DNA from: Octopus vulgaris
Lineage: Eukaryota
Direction of reading: 5' to 3'
NCBI GenBank assembly: GCA_951406725.2
Contig: OX597816.1
Coordinates: 175,584,001 to 175,648,000, forward strand
DNA: 64,000 nucleotides
In this document: in pieces, positions 36,111 through 48,900 of the stretch
Position numbering within the stretch: position 1 is the first letter of the stretch
Layout of the letters: every line of letters starts with the position of its first letter
Made by a program: the position numbers and the translations under genes
The notes under the pieces: model-generated
What the model saw: the letters and a program-made list of their open reading frames with translations, nothing else
What the model was told of the DNA's origin: nothing
Database searches by the model: none

Positions 36111-37044
36111 AGAAATACACTCATTTTTCTCCTCAGCTCAATTGTGCTTTACCAGTCATGCACACAAACATTACACATCTAGCTTGCTTCATTTCTTTCC
36201 AACCTTCAATACTCACACTACATTACCCTTAGGATAAGCATCATGCAATTTACCCTTCACTTGAAGAAAGACTCCCTTTGTTGCCAACATCAATAATAAT
36301 AACATATGCACAGGTTCAAGTTCACTTCTTCATTGTTAGTGAATTGGTTAAATATTTAACCAACTAAATAAGTGATCATTTGTTTAAAGAACAAGTTAAA
36401 TAATTAATCAATTGTTTGTTAGTCAAAGTTGTTTTGTTGTTGTACGTGGCCTTTTCAGTGACTTAATGACTTCCCTTCTTGCTCCAAGGTCTGCTCTGAG
36501 TCTGTCTGAGAATAGGTCTTATGTCTGTGTGTATATGCACACTTGTATGTGTATATGTAGATGTGTGTTTACTTACAAGAGAAGGTAAGGGTGAAAGTAA
36601 AGAAAGGATTTTGAATGTATGTGTGTGTGAGTGTGTATGGGGTTGTGTGTGTACACCTGTGTAACTGCTTGTATGTGTGTGTGTGCACTAGCTATCTGTG
36701 ACCTATTTAAGGGCCTGACCTTTTGTTCTAGGTTAATTTGGTCTCATATCTGCTGAAGATTTATGGATGGATTTAGGGTGTAGTTCTTTATGTGAGGTAT
36801 GGGAGAAGGGGGGGGGAGAACAAAGTAGGTGTGTGCAAGCATCTGTGTGTGTGTGTGAGAATCTGCATGTACATGTATGTGTGTGAATGCTCACATGAGT
36901 GTTTGAACAAGTGTGCATGTTCATGTTAAATTGGTTCAGAGAATATGTATTACAGAGAATATGTATGTGTGTGTGAATGTGTTTTCATGTTTGAGTAGAT
37001 TCCAGCATGTATGTGTCTGTAGTTAATTGGTCAGGTATTTAACT

Positions 37045-38030
37045 ATCTTTTATCTTTTACCTATTTCAGTTATTAGAATGTGGCCATGCTGGGGTACCAT
37101 TGTGGAGAATTTTAGTCGAACGAAATGACCCCAGTACTTATTATTATTTTTGTAAAGCCTAGTACTTATTCTATCAGTCTCTTTTGCCAAGCTGCTAAGT
37201 TACAGGGACATAAATACACCAACACCGGTTGTCAAGCAGTGATGGGGGACAAACAAGACACAAAGATATACACACACAAACATTATATGTAAATACTTAT
37301 ATGACGGGCTTCTTTCAGTTTCCATCTACCAAATCCACTCACAAGGCTTTGATCAGTCCAACGCTATAGTAGAAGGCACTTGTTTAAGATGCCATGCAGT
37401 GGGACTGAACTGGGTATCATGTGGTTAGGAAGCAAACTTCTTACCACAAAGCTACATCTACGCCAACTGACTAACAATAAAGAAGTGGAATTGAACCTGT
37501 GAATGTGTTATTATTGGCAAAATGACCTCCCAAGATACAACATGATTTGTCTCAACACAGGAATTTACATCAAGAATCTTGCAAACCAAATACAAAAAAA
37601 AGTACAAACTATTTGTTATCTATCTTTTATCTTTTATTTCTTTCAGTCATTTTACTGTGGCCATGCTGAGGCACAGCCTTCAAGGGATTTTTAGTTGACC
37701 AAATCAATCCCAGGACTTACTTTTTAAGCCTAGTACTTATTCTATCAGTCTCTTTCTTCAAACCACTAAGTTATGGGGATGTAAACACACTAACACCGGT
37801 TGTCAAGTGATGGTGGGGAACAAACACTCACACATACACGCATATATGACAGGGTTTTTTCTTCAGTTTCTGTCTACCAAATCCACTCACAAGGCTTTGT
37901 TTGGCCTGACTATAGTAGAAGACACTTACCTAACGTTCCATGCAGTGGGACAAAAGCTGGAACTATGTGGTTGGGAAGCAAGCTTCTTACAACACAGCCC
38001 CACTTGCACCTAACTTCTTACCACAAAGCC
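37045..38030 (-). mobile_element. Two SINE family A copies (~37045-37462 and ~37625-38030)
   Basis: Both are reverse complements of 33090-33496. Confidence 0.88.
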
Positions 38031-38299
38031 CCACTTGCACCTATATGGACTTCTTTCCAGTTGTACAATTGTGACAATAGATGTTTATGTTTGTTTATGG
38101 ATTCATTATAGCAGAGTCAGCTATGATGAATCCAAAAGCAAACATAGAAACATCTATTGGTATATTTTTTGTTCTCTCTGAAGATATTATGCTCAGAAAT
38201 ATGAACTTAATATTCAATTAATTCAGTGTATAACTGAAACAGCTGTAAAGGATGATCTTCAATTTGTTGTTGATAATAAACCCTTATTAACTTCACAAT

Positions 38300-39730
38300 C
38301 TCCATTTTCTTCTTCTTCCTATATGCATCTTTCTGAAATGCATCTAACTCCTCATGTAACAGACATGGAAGCACACATACCAGAGTATTCTGTATTTTGT
38401 ACAAGCAGAAGAGAAAGAAGCCATGGCAGAGTTTCTATGTACATCCATGAAGATGTCACGCCTTTTGTATAACTGTTACATTCAAACCGAGTTTGTGATA
38501 CCTTAATATTACATATAAAATAAGTTGATGTAGTTGTATGCACAATATATCATCCACTGGATACCATGAAATATGATGGCAAATTTGAGGATAGCCTTAG
38601 TCACATAGAAAAGGTATTGGCAAACTTAGATCAGCACATCAATATACTTCTCCTGGGTGACTTCAACTTCCCAAATGTTAAATGGTCAGAAGGCCACATC
38701 CTCTCTGGGATGTCGCCACCGCATAAACAAAAGCATGTAGAGCCATTACTGGAACTCTCTAATATGCTGTTCATGGAACAAATTATACTCACACCAACCA
38801 GGGAAAATAACAAATAATGTGGACCTTATCCATAATGTGAGGGTGACACCAACAGCACTGTCAGACCACAACATTGTGGAAGTAAGTATGGTCCTGCACA
38901 AACTGCTGGTATCTAATCTATGAGGAAGACTCAAGCCATGTCCAGCCAAAATTTCAATAAAGCAAAACAAGAATCAATCTGCAAAGGGATCCACAAATGA
39001 AACTTGTTCAACATTCTACGTATGCAAGACATTGCCTTGAAACTCAGTTTATGTCAACAGTTCAAACTAAATGCACTAGAAAGAAAGAAAGGCCAACATA
39101 CCCACAAACAAGACTCCGAGGGACAGAAAAATCCTTATGAGACGCAGATCAAAAGTTTCAAACTGAATGAATAGACAACTGAAGGATGGGAGAAGTCTAT
39201 TTTAGTACAGATACTCTTAGAAATCGAAAGCAAGATCAAACTCTCAAAGAGCAGAGAGAGAGAGAGAGAGAACAGAGCTGTGGAAAGCTTAAAAACAAAC
39301 CCTAAAGCTTTCTATAAATTTGCAAAAGAAAGAGTCACAATACAATATGAAATAGGACCATTGTTCCAAGGGAATGGCTCACTAACTGCAGACCCAGAGA
39401 GAATAAGTGAGGTACTCAGTGAACAATTTAAATGTGTCTTCACTTCCCCCCTTAAACACATGCAGATAAAAAACCCGAATGAACTCTTTAATATTACAGC
39501 TCTAAAAAATGAGGTACCAACCACTGATTACACCAACATTGAGGCAACAAATGTAACAGCAGCCATAGATGAAATGAGTTCAAACTCTGACACTGATTCT
39601 GTTGGTTTCCTAGCTATTCTCCTGAAGAAACCACTTCAGATACTTTTCAAAAGTTTGCTTGCAAGTGGTAAACTACATAAAAAGCTAAAACAAGGCATTA
39701 TATGCTCTATTCACAAAGGTGATAACAGTA
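38300..39730 (+). mobile_element. CR1/L2-group LINE remnant (endonuclease to pre-RT region)
   Basis: LLGDFNFPNVKW, QIILTPTRENN, LSDHN, LKTNPKAFYKFAK, IGPL, SEVLSEQFKCVFT, GIICSIHKG. Confidence 0.85.
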
Positions 39731-40964
39731 AAATCAATTCAATTTAAATACAGCCACTCTTCAGGTCCAAGATAAAAACAATAAAATAACTAAATAAATA
39801 AAAATACATATATAATCTTGTAAAACACGAAATATCTTAACAAATATATTCTGGTGAAAATAAAACTAGAATAAATAGGTACAAATATTTATTATATCTA
39901 AGAAAATATATTTTAACTTATATAAAAAAAGAATAACAAACTATAATATATCATTACTAGAAAATTAAAATACAATTAATTAAAATATTTAAAACAAATA
40001 AATATAAATATATATATATAAAATACAAAATAAACATTAAGTGAAAACTACAATACTATAATTTGATCTATATACATTAAATCAAATTATTTATTAATTA
40101 ATTTATTTATTTAATAAACATCTAAGTTAAATCTTATTCTAATTAAGTAATATATACTAAAAAAACTTCATGTTAAGTTATATACATAATGCTAGTACAA
40201 ACTATGAACATTAGAATTAAAAGTATAAAATGGTTCAAATATATACACACCTATAATTTAAACTTACAATATTATTAATTTATATATAGTATTTATAGAT
40301 TTAATATTACACTCACTTATAGAATTGACCAAAATATCAATTAATATTAAACTTATTTACTTCAATATAATACTATGTAGCAAATAAACAAATAATATAT
40401 TTTTAATTTATTGTTTTGTACATTACTTAATCATTGGTATATGTTTTGATCTTATATTTAATCTTTTTCTATATGGTATAATTTAATTATTTCATTGTTG
40501 AATTGATACAAGGTGGGTTTTTTTCTAATTTATGTACATATAGAAATTTGATTTAGTATTAATAAATTGAATTTTTCCCTGTAAGTTTGAAATAATATTC
40601 CCTAATATTATTATTATTATTATTATATATATATATGTATATATATCTTATCTATAAATAGCAGATTTTCCCTGTGTGTGTATGTTGAAAATCGGAATTA
40701 ATATTCTAAATACCATTAATTAGGTCATACGGGCATATTTTTCGGTCAAAATAACTCCCAATTACGAAAAAAATAACTACATACATAACCATTTCCCCCT
40801 CTAATAAAATTTACTTTCCTCTTGCTGCTACCAGTAACTGCTACTTACTCTTATGAACGTTTATGAATGATCCAAGAAAAAAGTAACTTTCACATCGACA
40901 CTCAAACATTTATTCCCTACAAATTGTGAGTTTTTTCAAAGTCTTTTTTAAAATACATTTACTT

Positions 40965-41327
40965 AGGTGTAGGAGTGGCTGCGTGGTAAGTAGTTTGCTT
41001 ACCAACAACATGGCACCTTGGGCAAGTGTCTTCTACTATAGCCTTGGGCCCACCAAAGCATTGTGAGTGAACTTGATAGATGGAAACTGAAAGAAGCTCG
41101 TTGTATATATATATATGTATGTATGTGTGTGTATATGTTTGTGTGTCTGTGTTTGTCCCTCAAACATTGCTTGTGTGTTTACGTCCCCGTAACTTAGCGG
41201 TTCAGCAAAATAGACTGATAGAATAAGTACTACGCTTACAAAGAATAAGTTCTGTGGTAGATATGCTCAACTAAAGGTGGTGCTCCAGCATGGCCGCAGT
41301 CAAATGACTGAAACAAGTAAAAGAGTA
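40965..41327 (+). mobile_element. SINE family A copy
   Basis: Colinear with 33090-33496. Confidence 0.9.
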
Positions 41328-41454
41328 ATATATATATATAGAACACACATACATACATACATACAAATACACACATACATATAAATACCTGTCAATCTTT
41401 TTCAAATACGATTGACAGTCAAACATTTATTCCCTACAAACTCTCTCTCTCTCT

Positions 41455-41830
41455 CTTTTACTCTTTTACTTGTTTCAGTCATTTGACTGTGGCCATGCTG
41501 GAGCACCGCCGTTAGTCGAGCAAATCGACCCCGGGACTTATTCTTTGTAAGCCCACTACTTATTCTATCGGTCTTTTTTGCCGAACCGCTAAGTGACGGG
41601 GACGTAAACACACCAGCATCGGTTGTCAAGCAATGCTAGGGGGACAAACACAGACACTCAAACACACACATATATATATATATATATACATATATACGAC
41701 AGGCTTCTTTCAGTTTCCGTCTACCAAATTCGCTCACAAGACACTTGCCCAAGATGCCACGCAGTGGGACTGAACCTTGAACCATGTGGTTGGTTAGCAA
41801 GCTACTTACCACACAGCCACTCCTGTGCCT
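41455..41830 (-). mobile_element. SINE family A copy
   Basis: Reverse complement of 33090-33496 with a short internal deletion. Confidence 0.9.
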
Positions 41831-42896
41831 GAGTTTTTTTGAAAGTCTTTTTTAAAACACATTTACTTATTACCATATATATAGACAGACAATAAACACT
41901 AATACATACAAATACCTGTCAGTTTATTTATTTGCCTTTTTTTATAAACCTTTCCCCCTTCAATTTTACGCATACTTTCCAAGAAAATTTCTCGGTACAA
42001 GTAACTTTCACCCTTTGCTGCCGTCGGCATGATATTATTGCCAAGGTTTTCAGGCAGAAGCTGGCTAAGCTAATTGATTTAATCAAAAAAGGGCAGGTTT
42101 TTCGGCCTGTTAAGTGCCACATGTATACTGTTGAGTGGCAGAAGACAGGGTCTCCAAACGCGCACATTTTGGTTTGGTTGGTCACCCCACTGTTGACCAG
42201 CAGCTGTATGACATTATGAAGGACACATGGTGCATGGTCCGTGCGGTCTCGGCGACGGATATCCACTGTACAGACGAAGGCGGCCTGCAAATGGGGGATT
42301 CACTATGACGTTACGGGGTCGTCAACTTGATAATAGATGGGTGGTCCCATACTGTCCCTTTCTGATGAAAATTTTCAACGCTCATATAAATGTGGAGTTC
42401 TGTCATTCAGTAAAATCAATCAAGTACATATGTAAATAAAGTAAATATGTTAACAAGGGTACTCACACTGCCAAGTTCGGCCTTCAAAAGGACAATAGCA
42501 TGGACGAGGTGTCGCAGCACTTGGCAGGTGGATATTTTAGCAGTGGAGAAGCTTTTCAGCGAATGTTTGGGTTTCCACTTCACCAAAGGAACCTCGCCAT
42601 CATACAACTAGCAGTTCATTTGGAAAGGAATATACCGTATTCACCTGCGAACGTTTTACACACTCTTCCAGGACTACCTACCAAATTGTTACAATTGTGA
42701 GAACGATAACACAGCTTTTTCAGGGCCACCTCACATTCTATTGTTACCCACTTCTGAGAGGGTTGCAATGCTCTTTGCAGGGCTTTCTATCCAGTTGCAA
42801 ATCGATTGCAGTAACACCAGATGCATTTAAGGTCTACTTTGTAAACCTTAATTCTTTAACTTTAAATTTGAATTTATATATATATATAATTACAAC

Positions 42897-43424
42897 ACAA
42901 TTACTGATTGTTCATTGCTGATTGTCACATGCCTCTCTTCCTCATTTTCTTTTTTTACCCCACCATCACTACCACCACCACCACCTCCTCTGCATTTGGC
43001 AATCTAGTGTCCCTACAACATATCTACCTTCCTATCAGACTCTCCATTCAACATATATCATCACATGCCTTTTATTCAATACCTTCTAAGACCATTGTTC
43101 TCACAAATTCATTTTAATCTCAAGAGAAAGGTGATTTAAGGAGGCAGTTGATACATACACACACATATAGATATCAACTGCTTCCTTAAATCACCTTTCT
43201 CTTGAGATTAAAATGAATTTGTGAGAACAATGGTCTTAGAAGGTATTGAATAAAAGGCATGTGATGATTTATGTTGAATGGAGAGTCTGATAGGAAGGTA
43301 GATATGTTGTAGGGACACTAGATTGCCAAATGCAGAGGAGGTGGTGGTGGTGGTGGTGGTAGTGATAGGAAAATAGTGAGAAAGAGAGGCATGTGACAAT
43401 CAGCAATGAACAGTCAGTAATTGT
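42897..43424. repeat. Long near-perfect inverted repeat (arms 42897-43153 and 43172-43424, 18-nt spacer)
   Basis: Arms read as reverse complements; ORFs 42908(+) and 43208(-) share the same peptide. Confidence 0.97.
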
Positions 43425-43580
43425 ACTGTAAATGGTGAAATTATGGTTGTATCCTGTGGTTTCATTGGTACACACAGATGAGGATGAGATAAGGATAGAG
43501 AGAGACTGACAGAGTGTGTAAACTCAATGAACTTGAGTAATCTGTAAATGTGTGTGTGACTTAATACATATATGACAGGA

Positions 43581-43972
43581 GTGGAGGCGCAATGGCCCAG
43601 TGGTTAGGGCAGTGGACTCACGGTCATAGGATCACGGTTTCGATTCCCAGACTGGGCGTTGTGAGTGTTTATTGAGTGAAAACACCTAAAAGCTCCATGA
43701 GGGTCCAGCAGGGGATGGTGGTGATCCCTGCTGTACTCTTTCACCACAACTTTCTCTCACTCTTACTTCCTGTTTCTGTTGTACCTGTATTTCAAGGGGC
43801 CGGCCTTGTCACTCTCTGTGTCACGCTGAATATCCCCGAGAACTACGTTAAGGGTACACGTGTCTGTGGAGTACTCAGCCACTTGCACGTTAATTCCACG
43901 AGCAGGCTGTTCCGTTGATTCGGATCAACTGGAACCCTCATCGTCGTAACCAACGGAGTGCTAAGTAGTGCT
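43581..43972 (+). mobile_element. SINE family B (long tail)
   Basis: Same as 5470-5854; TSD-like ATATGACAGGAGTG on both sides. Confidence 0.92.
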
Positions 43973-44989
43973 TCCATATGACAGGAGTGTGTGCATGTGT
44001 GTGTGAGTGGAGAGAGAGATGAGAGACACAAACATAGGAAATGATAAAGACAGATAGAAGGAGAGATATGAAGAGGTTTATCTGAGAGCAAGTATCAGTT
44101 CTTCCTTAAATGTTCTCAACTTCACCATGAGTCACTCATACCTATCCATGACAACAGAGCATCTTGTTACACAAGGGTTCCACTCCTAAGTATTTTAGAA
44201 AACACTCACTCTTCAAACTGATATAAATTCATCTACGTTCAATAAACTATGCAACCTATTTGCTAATAACTGAAGAATTTTGAAATGTTATGTTCCAAAA
44301 ATGTGAAATACTGATATCCAAAGAAAACTCTGGTCTGTTTCCTTTTTTATAGAAAATCATTAGAATCATTGGTTAGGTGTAGGACTTCTGTTTGTTGGGA
44401 TGAAAAATCAGCAGTGCTGGGTCCCTGGTAAAGAAGACTCATCAATAAATGAAGAAACTTTAGAAAAATAATCCTTTCCCTCTTTTTAATTAGTTTTTAG
44501 AAAGAAGGGACAGAGCCCATAGCCTTTGCAATCCATTTCAGATTGGTGTGATTACTGTTGCTACAGTTTGGATACAGCAAATCTAAAATACTTTTGCTAA
44601 ATCATAGATATCATCATTTTCTTAAGATGGCTGGATGTAATTTGAGGGCAAGTTGGTTATTTCTGAAATGTTGAGTGATCATGAACAGGCTCTTTTATTG
44701 GCTGAAGACTGGAAGTGAAATCGATGCTATTCATGTTCAGTTTGAGCATCACAGGTTGAAGCTTGATGCCCTTTTTTTTATCAGTAGGGAAACAGGGATA
44801 AGGAATCTATTATTACCCTAGCTCTGATGTCACACTAAACACCTTCTCATGAACTGCATCTGCCTGAAACATTCCTCCTTTGTTTTCTAATACTTAATTG
44901 TTCTACCCTCACCAACGATGTGGCCACCGATGTTCTGATGAGGTGATAACCGGGATTATGATTATCCCCTCAATTCTTAAATGCACACA

Positions 44990-45290
44990 CAAGGGGAAGT
45001 CAAAAATTATCTGCTTTTTCACCGTAACATATCTTTATTATTGTCACACCCCCTTCTGAGCATGCATGCTTATAGTTGGTACTATTGTGGTCATGTGATC
45101 AAAGTCTGATTGCACCATATTTCTTTTTCGCTTTACAGTGTAATCATGGCCACTCCACCAGCAATGTGCACCAAAGAGCAGTGATCCAATTTCTCTGGTC
45201 GGAAGGTGAGTCAGGTGCTGAAATTCATCAGAGGCTTTTAACTCAATATGGAGACAGTGCACTACCACGTAGAAGTGTATATGAGTGACA
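44990..45290 (+). mobile_element. Mariner transposon 5' fragment
   Basis: QRAVIQFLWSEGESGAEIHQRLLTQYGDSALPRRSVYE, the mariner N-terminal HTH. Confidence 0.85.
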
Positions 45291-45499
45291 ATATATCCTG
45301 TCAAAGTCCAACACCCTTGTTGAAATGTTTCAACTCATCACTATATAGAAACTCAAATCGAAACAATCATTTGGGCATTTGCATAGGTTCATAGCAACCA
45401 GAAGACACCCATTAATCACAAACTCTTAGAAGTAATTAAAATGCATAAATGTAACAAGGCCACCAAAGAGGATAAAATTTGGTTTGAGATGATAAAAGC

Positions 45500-45695
45500 C
45501 TTAATTAGAGAAGGAGATGATCCCAATTTTTAAAAAGAGAGACGAGGGAGTGTGCTAATTATAAAGGAATTTCCTTGGTGAACCTCCCGGATAAAATCTA
45601 CACCAAGTGTCAGGAAAATAAATGTACAGTAACTGTCAAGCCCAAGCTAACCAAAGTACAGTATGGCTTCCATCCTGGACACAGCACAATTAATT
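45500..45695 (+). mobile_element. RTE LINE RT fragment
   Basis: PIF..CANYKGISLVNLPDKIYTK..QYGFHPGHST. Confidence 0.75.
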
Positions 45696-45699
45696 ATAT

Positions 45700-46850
45700 A
45701 AATGTCTGTTTCAGCTGAAGAGCTGGAGTCAGGCTGGAGCACCATTGGTTTTACTACATTTTCATTAATCCTTCTTTAATAGTAGGCATTTGGTGAATGA
45801 AGGAGTCTGATGTCACTGGCCCCATTTGCATTTATTGATGTGAAGTTGGTACATCAGGGACTCTTTATAGCAGGATATCAAGTTCTATTTTGAAGACATC
45901 TACATCTACCCCATGTAGATCTTGAAAGTCTTTCAAGAGAATACCAAAGAGTTGTAGGCTCATGAATCCCAAGGTATTGCAATATCTGGCCATGTATTTT
46001 GATAGCAAGGGGGAGATCTTTGGCACTATGCAATGGAATCATGTTCTAGTCGTAGTATAACTTTCAATGCCAAAGTTTGTGACAAAGTCCTTCCAGGATC
46101 TTACAGCATGTCTTTCCTGTCTTCATTCCAGAGAGTAGAGATGTAAACTCTTGAGTCTTAAGTTAATCAGCTGCATTGAGACTATCTTCTTTGTGTAGCT
46201 TTGTTGGATTGCTTTGAGTTCTGCTATTAAATTTAAACTATGTGGTGACCATGGTTGAAAGCAATACTCAAAACAGCTTAGGACAAATGTCCTCAAGGAA
46301 ACCATGTCCTGCTCTCTTGTTCTGAAAGTTCTATCCATCTAGCTAGTTGCCCACATCTCATTGCCAACTTAGTAATATGCATATGGAAGATTGTATCATT
46401 AACCATGTCAATGCCCAATTGCATTTAGGTTTGCCTGCAGATAGCACAGGGCTTGGAACTTTTCAGCATTAAACTGCATGTTATTGTCCTCAGCACACTT
46501 GTATATTACATCTAACTCTTGTTGCAGATGTGTGGTGTTGCCAGGGTTCTGTGAGACATATGTATCATCTACACAGCTTGTAAGGGTGGCTGTCTGTGAG
46601 GCTAAAGGCATATCTGAGAGGGCTACTATGAACAGCAATGGCTCCAAGAAAGTGCCCTGAATGACTCCGTACAATAATTGTGTTTCCCATTGGTACTGCT
46701 GCCAGGCTTCTATCTTTTAGAAAGTTATGCAGTCACTTTCCTAGTTTTCATATTCTATATGTTACAAATCTTTGCGAAGGCCTTTGATAGGCCCTCACAA
46801 AGTTGAGATATATACAATATCCACATTTCAAAACGCAGTCATAGTGTTGC
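45700..46850 (-). mobile_element. CR1/L2-group LINE RT and C-terminal remnant
   Basis: GVIQGTFLEPLLFIV..DDT..LQQELD..NNMQFNAEKFQ; FEYCFQPWSP..IQQSYTKKI..L.LYSLE. Confidence 0.85.
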
Positions 46851-46879
46851 AGTCTTCTCTTGAAATTTGATACCTCTGC

Positions 46880-48250
46880 AGTTACTTCTGCCTAAAGTGC
46901 CTGCTTTACCTTTGTAGCAGTTGACTATGGAACTGCTACACTAGTTGTTGGGTATGACCCCTTCCCTTCCTGGACAACCTGATTAAATATAGGGGTGACT
47001 AGGTTGTAGTCCACTCTACCAGATATTTTAAACATTTCAGTAGTAATTCCTGATGGACCAGGAGCAGTACCTCCATTGGGTCTATATTAGGAAGACTCTC
47101 TTTTTCCCATGCATTCTCCACAGCCTTTCACTGCTGCACTACCATGCCTTTTTTGTTTCAGAATCACTAAGAGAATGTGTACCATCATCCATTTGTATTC
47201 AGTTCTGTTATACCGTTCTGTAATCCATAACATCTCATACTTCTGGGTTTCATACTGTAGATTATTGGAAAACCTCTTTCTTTCCATTTCTCTCCCTACT
47301 GCAAGGTCCTAGCTTCTCTTCTAACCACGAGTATATTTCTTCTAATCCATCCAAACCAGCCTCGTCTCTTTTACTGCTCTCTCTACTTCACTGTTCCACC
47401 ACCACATCACTGATAGCCTGGCTGAAACTATGGACCTGCTACTGATTTGATTTGTTACTTTCATTAGGTTGCTACAAAAGAACTTGTCTCAAAGGAAATT
47501 CTCTTCCATGTTATAAATCTCTAGCTTCTTGTTCAATGTTTTGGTTACTATTTCTCTAAATTCCTGATTGTTCATTGAATCTGTAAGCTTCCATAATTTT
47601 CTTTTCCAGATTGGTTTTGCAACTCTGAGTCCTTTTAGCTTTAAGTCTGACCTATGTTGGGTTGTACATTCCTCACCTGAGAAGGACTTTGCATTCCAAA
47701 GCATTTGTCTATCCTATTTTCTAATGAGAATGCAGTAAATCTAGCTTGCATGCCCACTTGACTGATGGGTGATCAGGTGACTGACTGGTTTCCTGAAGTC
47801 AGTGATGCAGATCATCAGATTATTTGCATCACAGAACTTCAAGAGCCATATTGTCTCCTCATTTCTAGGATCAAAACTATATCTTTAATGTACACTATGG
47901 AATCTATTGGGTTGCTGCCCAACATGTCTGCTGAAGTCACCAACCACAAAGATAATGCCACTGTTACTCACCATTGCGATCATCTGCAAAAGGAGCTCAC
48001 AAAATCAATCCTTTGGTCATCTACCAATCTTGATTGAGGAGTAAATACAGAAATAAACGTTGCTGTTGTATTTTCCAAGATTGGTCCAAGCTTAGTTACC
48101 CTGTCACACACTCTGACTACCTTGATCATCTTCTCTATCCATTTCTCTGCTGAAAGTATGCCTACATCTCCCACACCATCTATTGCCCACCCAGAAAAAT
48201 TTATATCTCTGTTCCTTACCCATGAGACCATAATACAGAACTTATAATGC
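46880..48250 (-). mobile_element. RTE LINE endonuclease/linker remnant
   Basis: Minus strand: FISVFTPQSRLVDDQRIDF, KPVSHLIT, KSFSGEECTTQHR, WKL, WWNSEVERAVKEK, APGPSGITTEM. Confidence 0.8.
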
Positions 48251-48299
48251 ATGGTCCAAAGCAAATAGGGGATGTATACCACATAGGAAGAACCGAAAC

Positions 48300-48900
48300 C
48301 CTATCCAGTCTGTACTTCTACAAAGTTGACTTGGAATTGGTTGAAAAAGAGATCCTGAAACTAGATTATCTTGAAAGTCTCTCTATGCAAGACAATGACA
48401 TGAAACTTGAAGAATATGCATTGGTAATGGAAGCCACTGAGCCACACAAAGAGATATTATTCCTAGACTAAAGAATCCTTAGGTGATGAAGAATAAAAAT
48501 CTCAAATCACTAAAGTAAACTAATGACAATGAGTAGTCCTACTTAAAAAAAGATACTTTCAAAGACTGGAAACAAACTCTGTGAAAAGAACGAGAAACAA
48601 GGGAAATTCAAAAATATGAAAATGAGTCTTAAGGCCTTCTCCAAATTTGCAAAGGTATCAGCTTCAGTGCATTACTAGATAGGGCCACAGTTCACGGAAT
48701 GCAAATCCTGAAAAGATAAATGAAATACTAAACAATTCCAAATTGCTTTCACTTCTCTATTAGCTCCATTAGGAGATATGCAAATAGATAAGCCTGATGA
48801 GTTCTTTAAGACAGCAGCTCAACACATCGATTATATTGACATAAAAGAAGAGGATATAATATTGGCCATTAATGAAAAGTAACTTGAATGAACCCTGATG
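48300..48900 (+). mobile_element. CR1/L2-group LINE linker remnant related to 38300-39730
   Basis: KAFSKFAK...IGP..FTS and IDIKEEDI..AINE parallel the 39280 ORF. Confidence 0.6.

Larger units (their letters stand above)
40650..42700 (+). mobile_element. Helitron with internally deleted Rep fragment
   Basis: RHDIIAKVFRQKL..VEWQKTGSPNAHIL (HUH motif), MVHGPCG, DGYPLYRRR, DNRWVVPY..FNAHINVE.C.SVKSIKYICK, LAVHLE at 42020-42630; candidate 5' end TCTATAAAT at ~40651. Confidence 0.88.

Noticed and set aside
44930-44975. CTGATGA followed by hairpin GG.GATAA/TTATC.CC
   Set aside because: GAAA and cleavage triplet are absent; at best a truncated relic.
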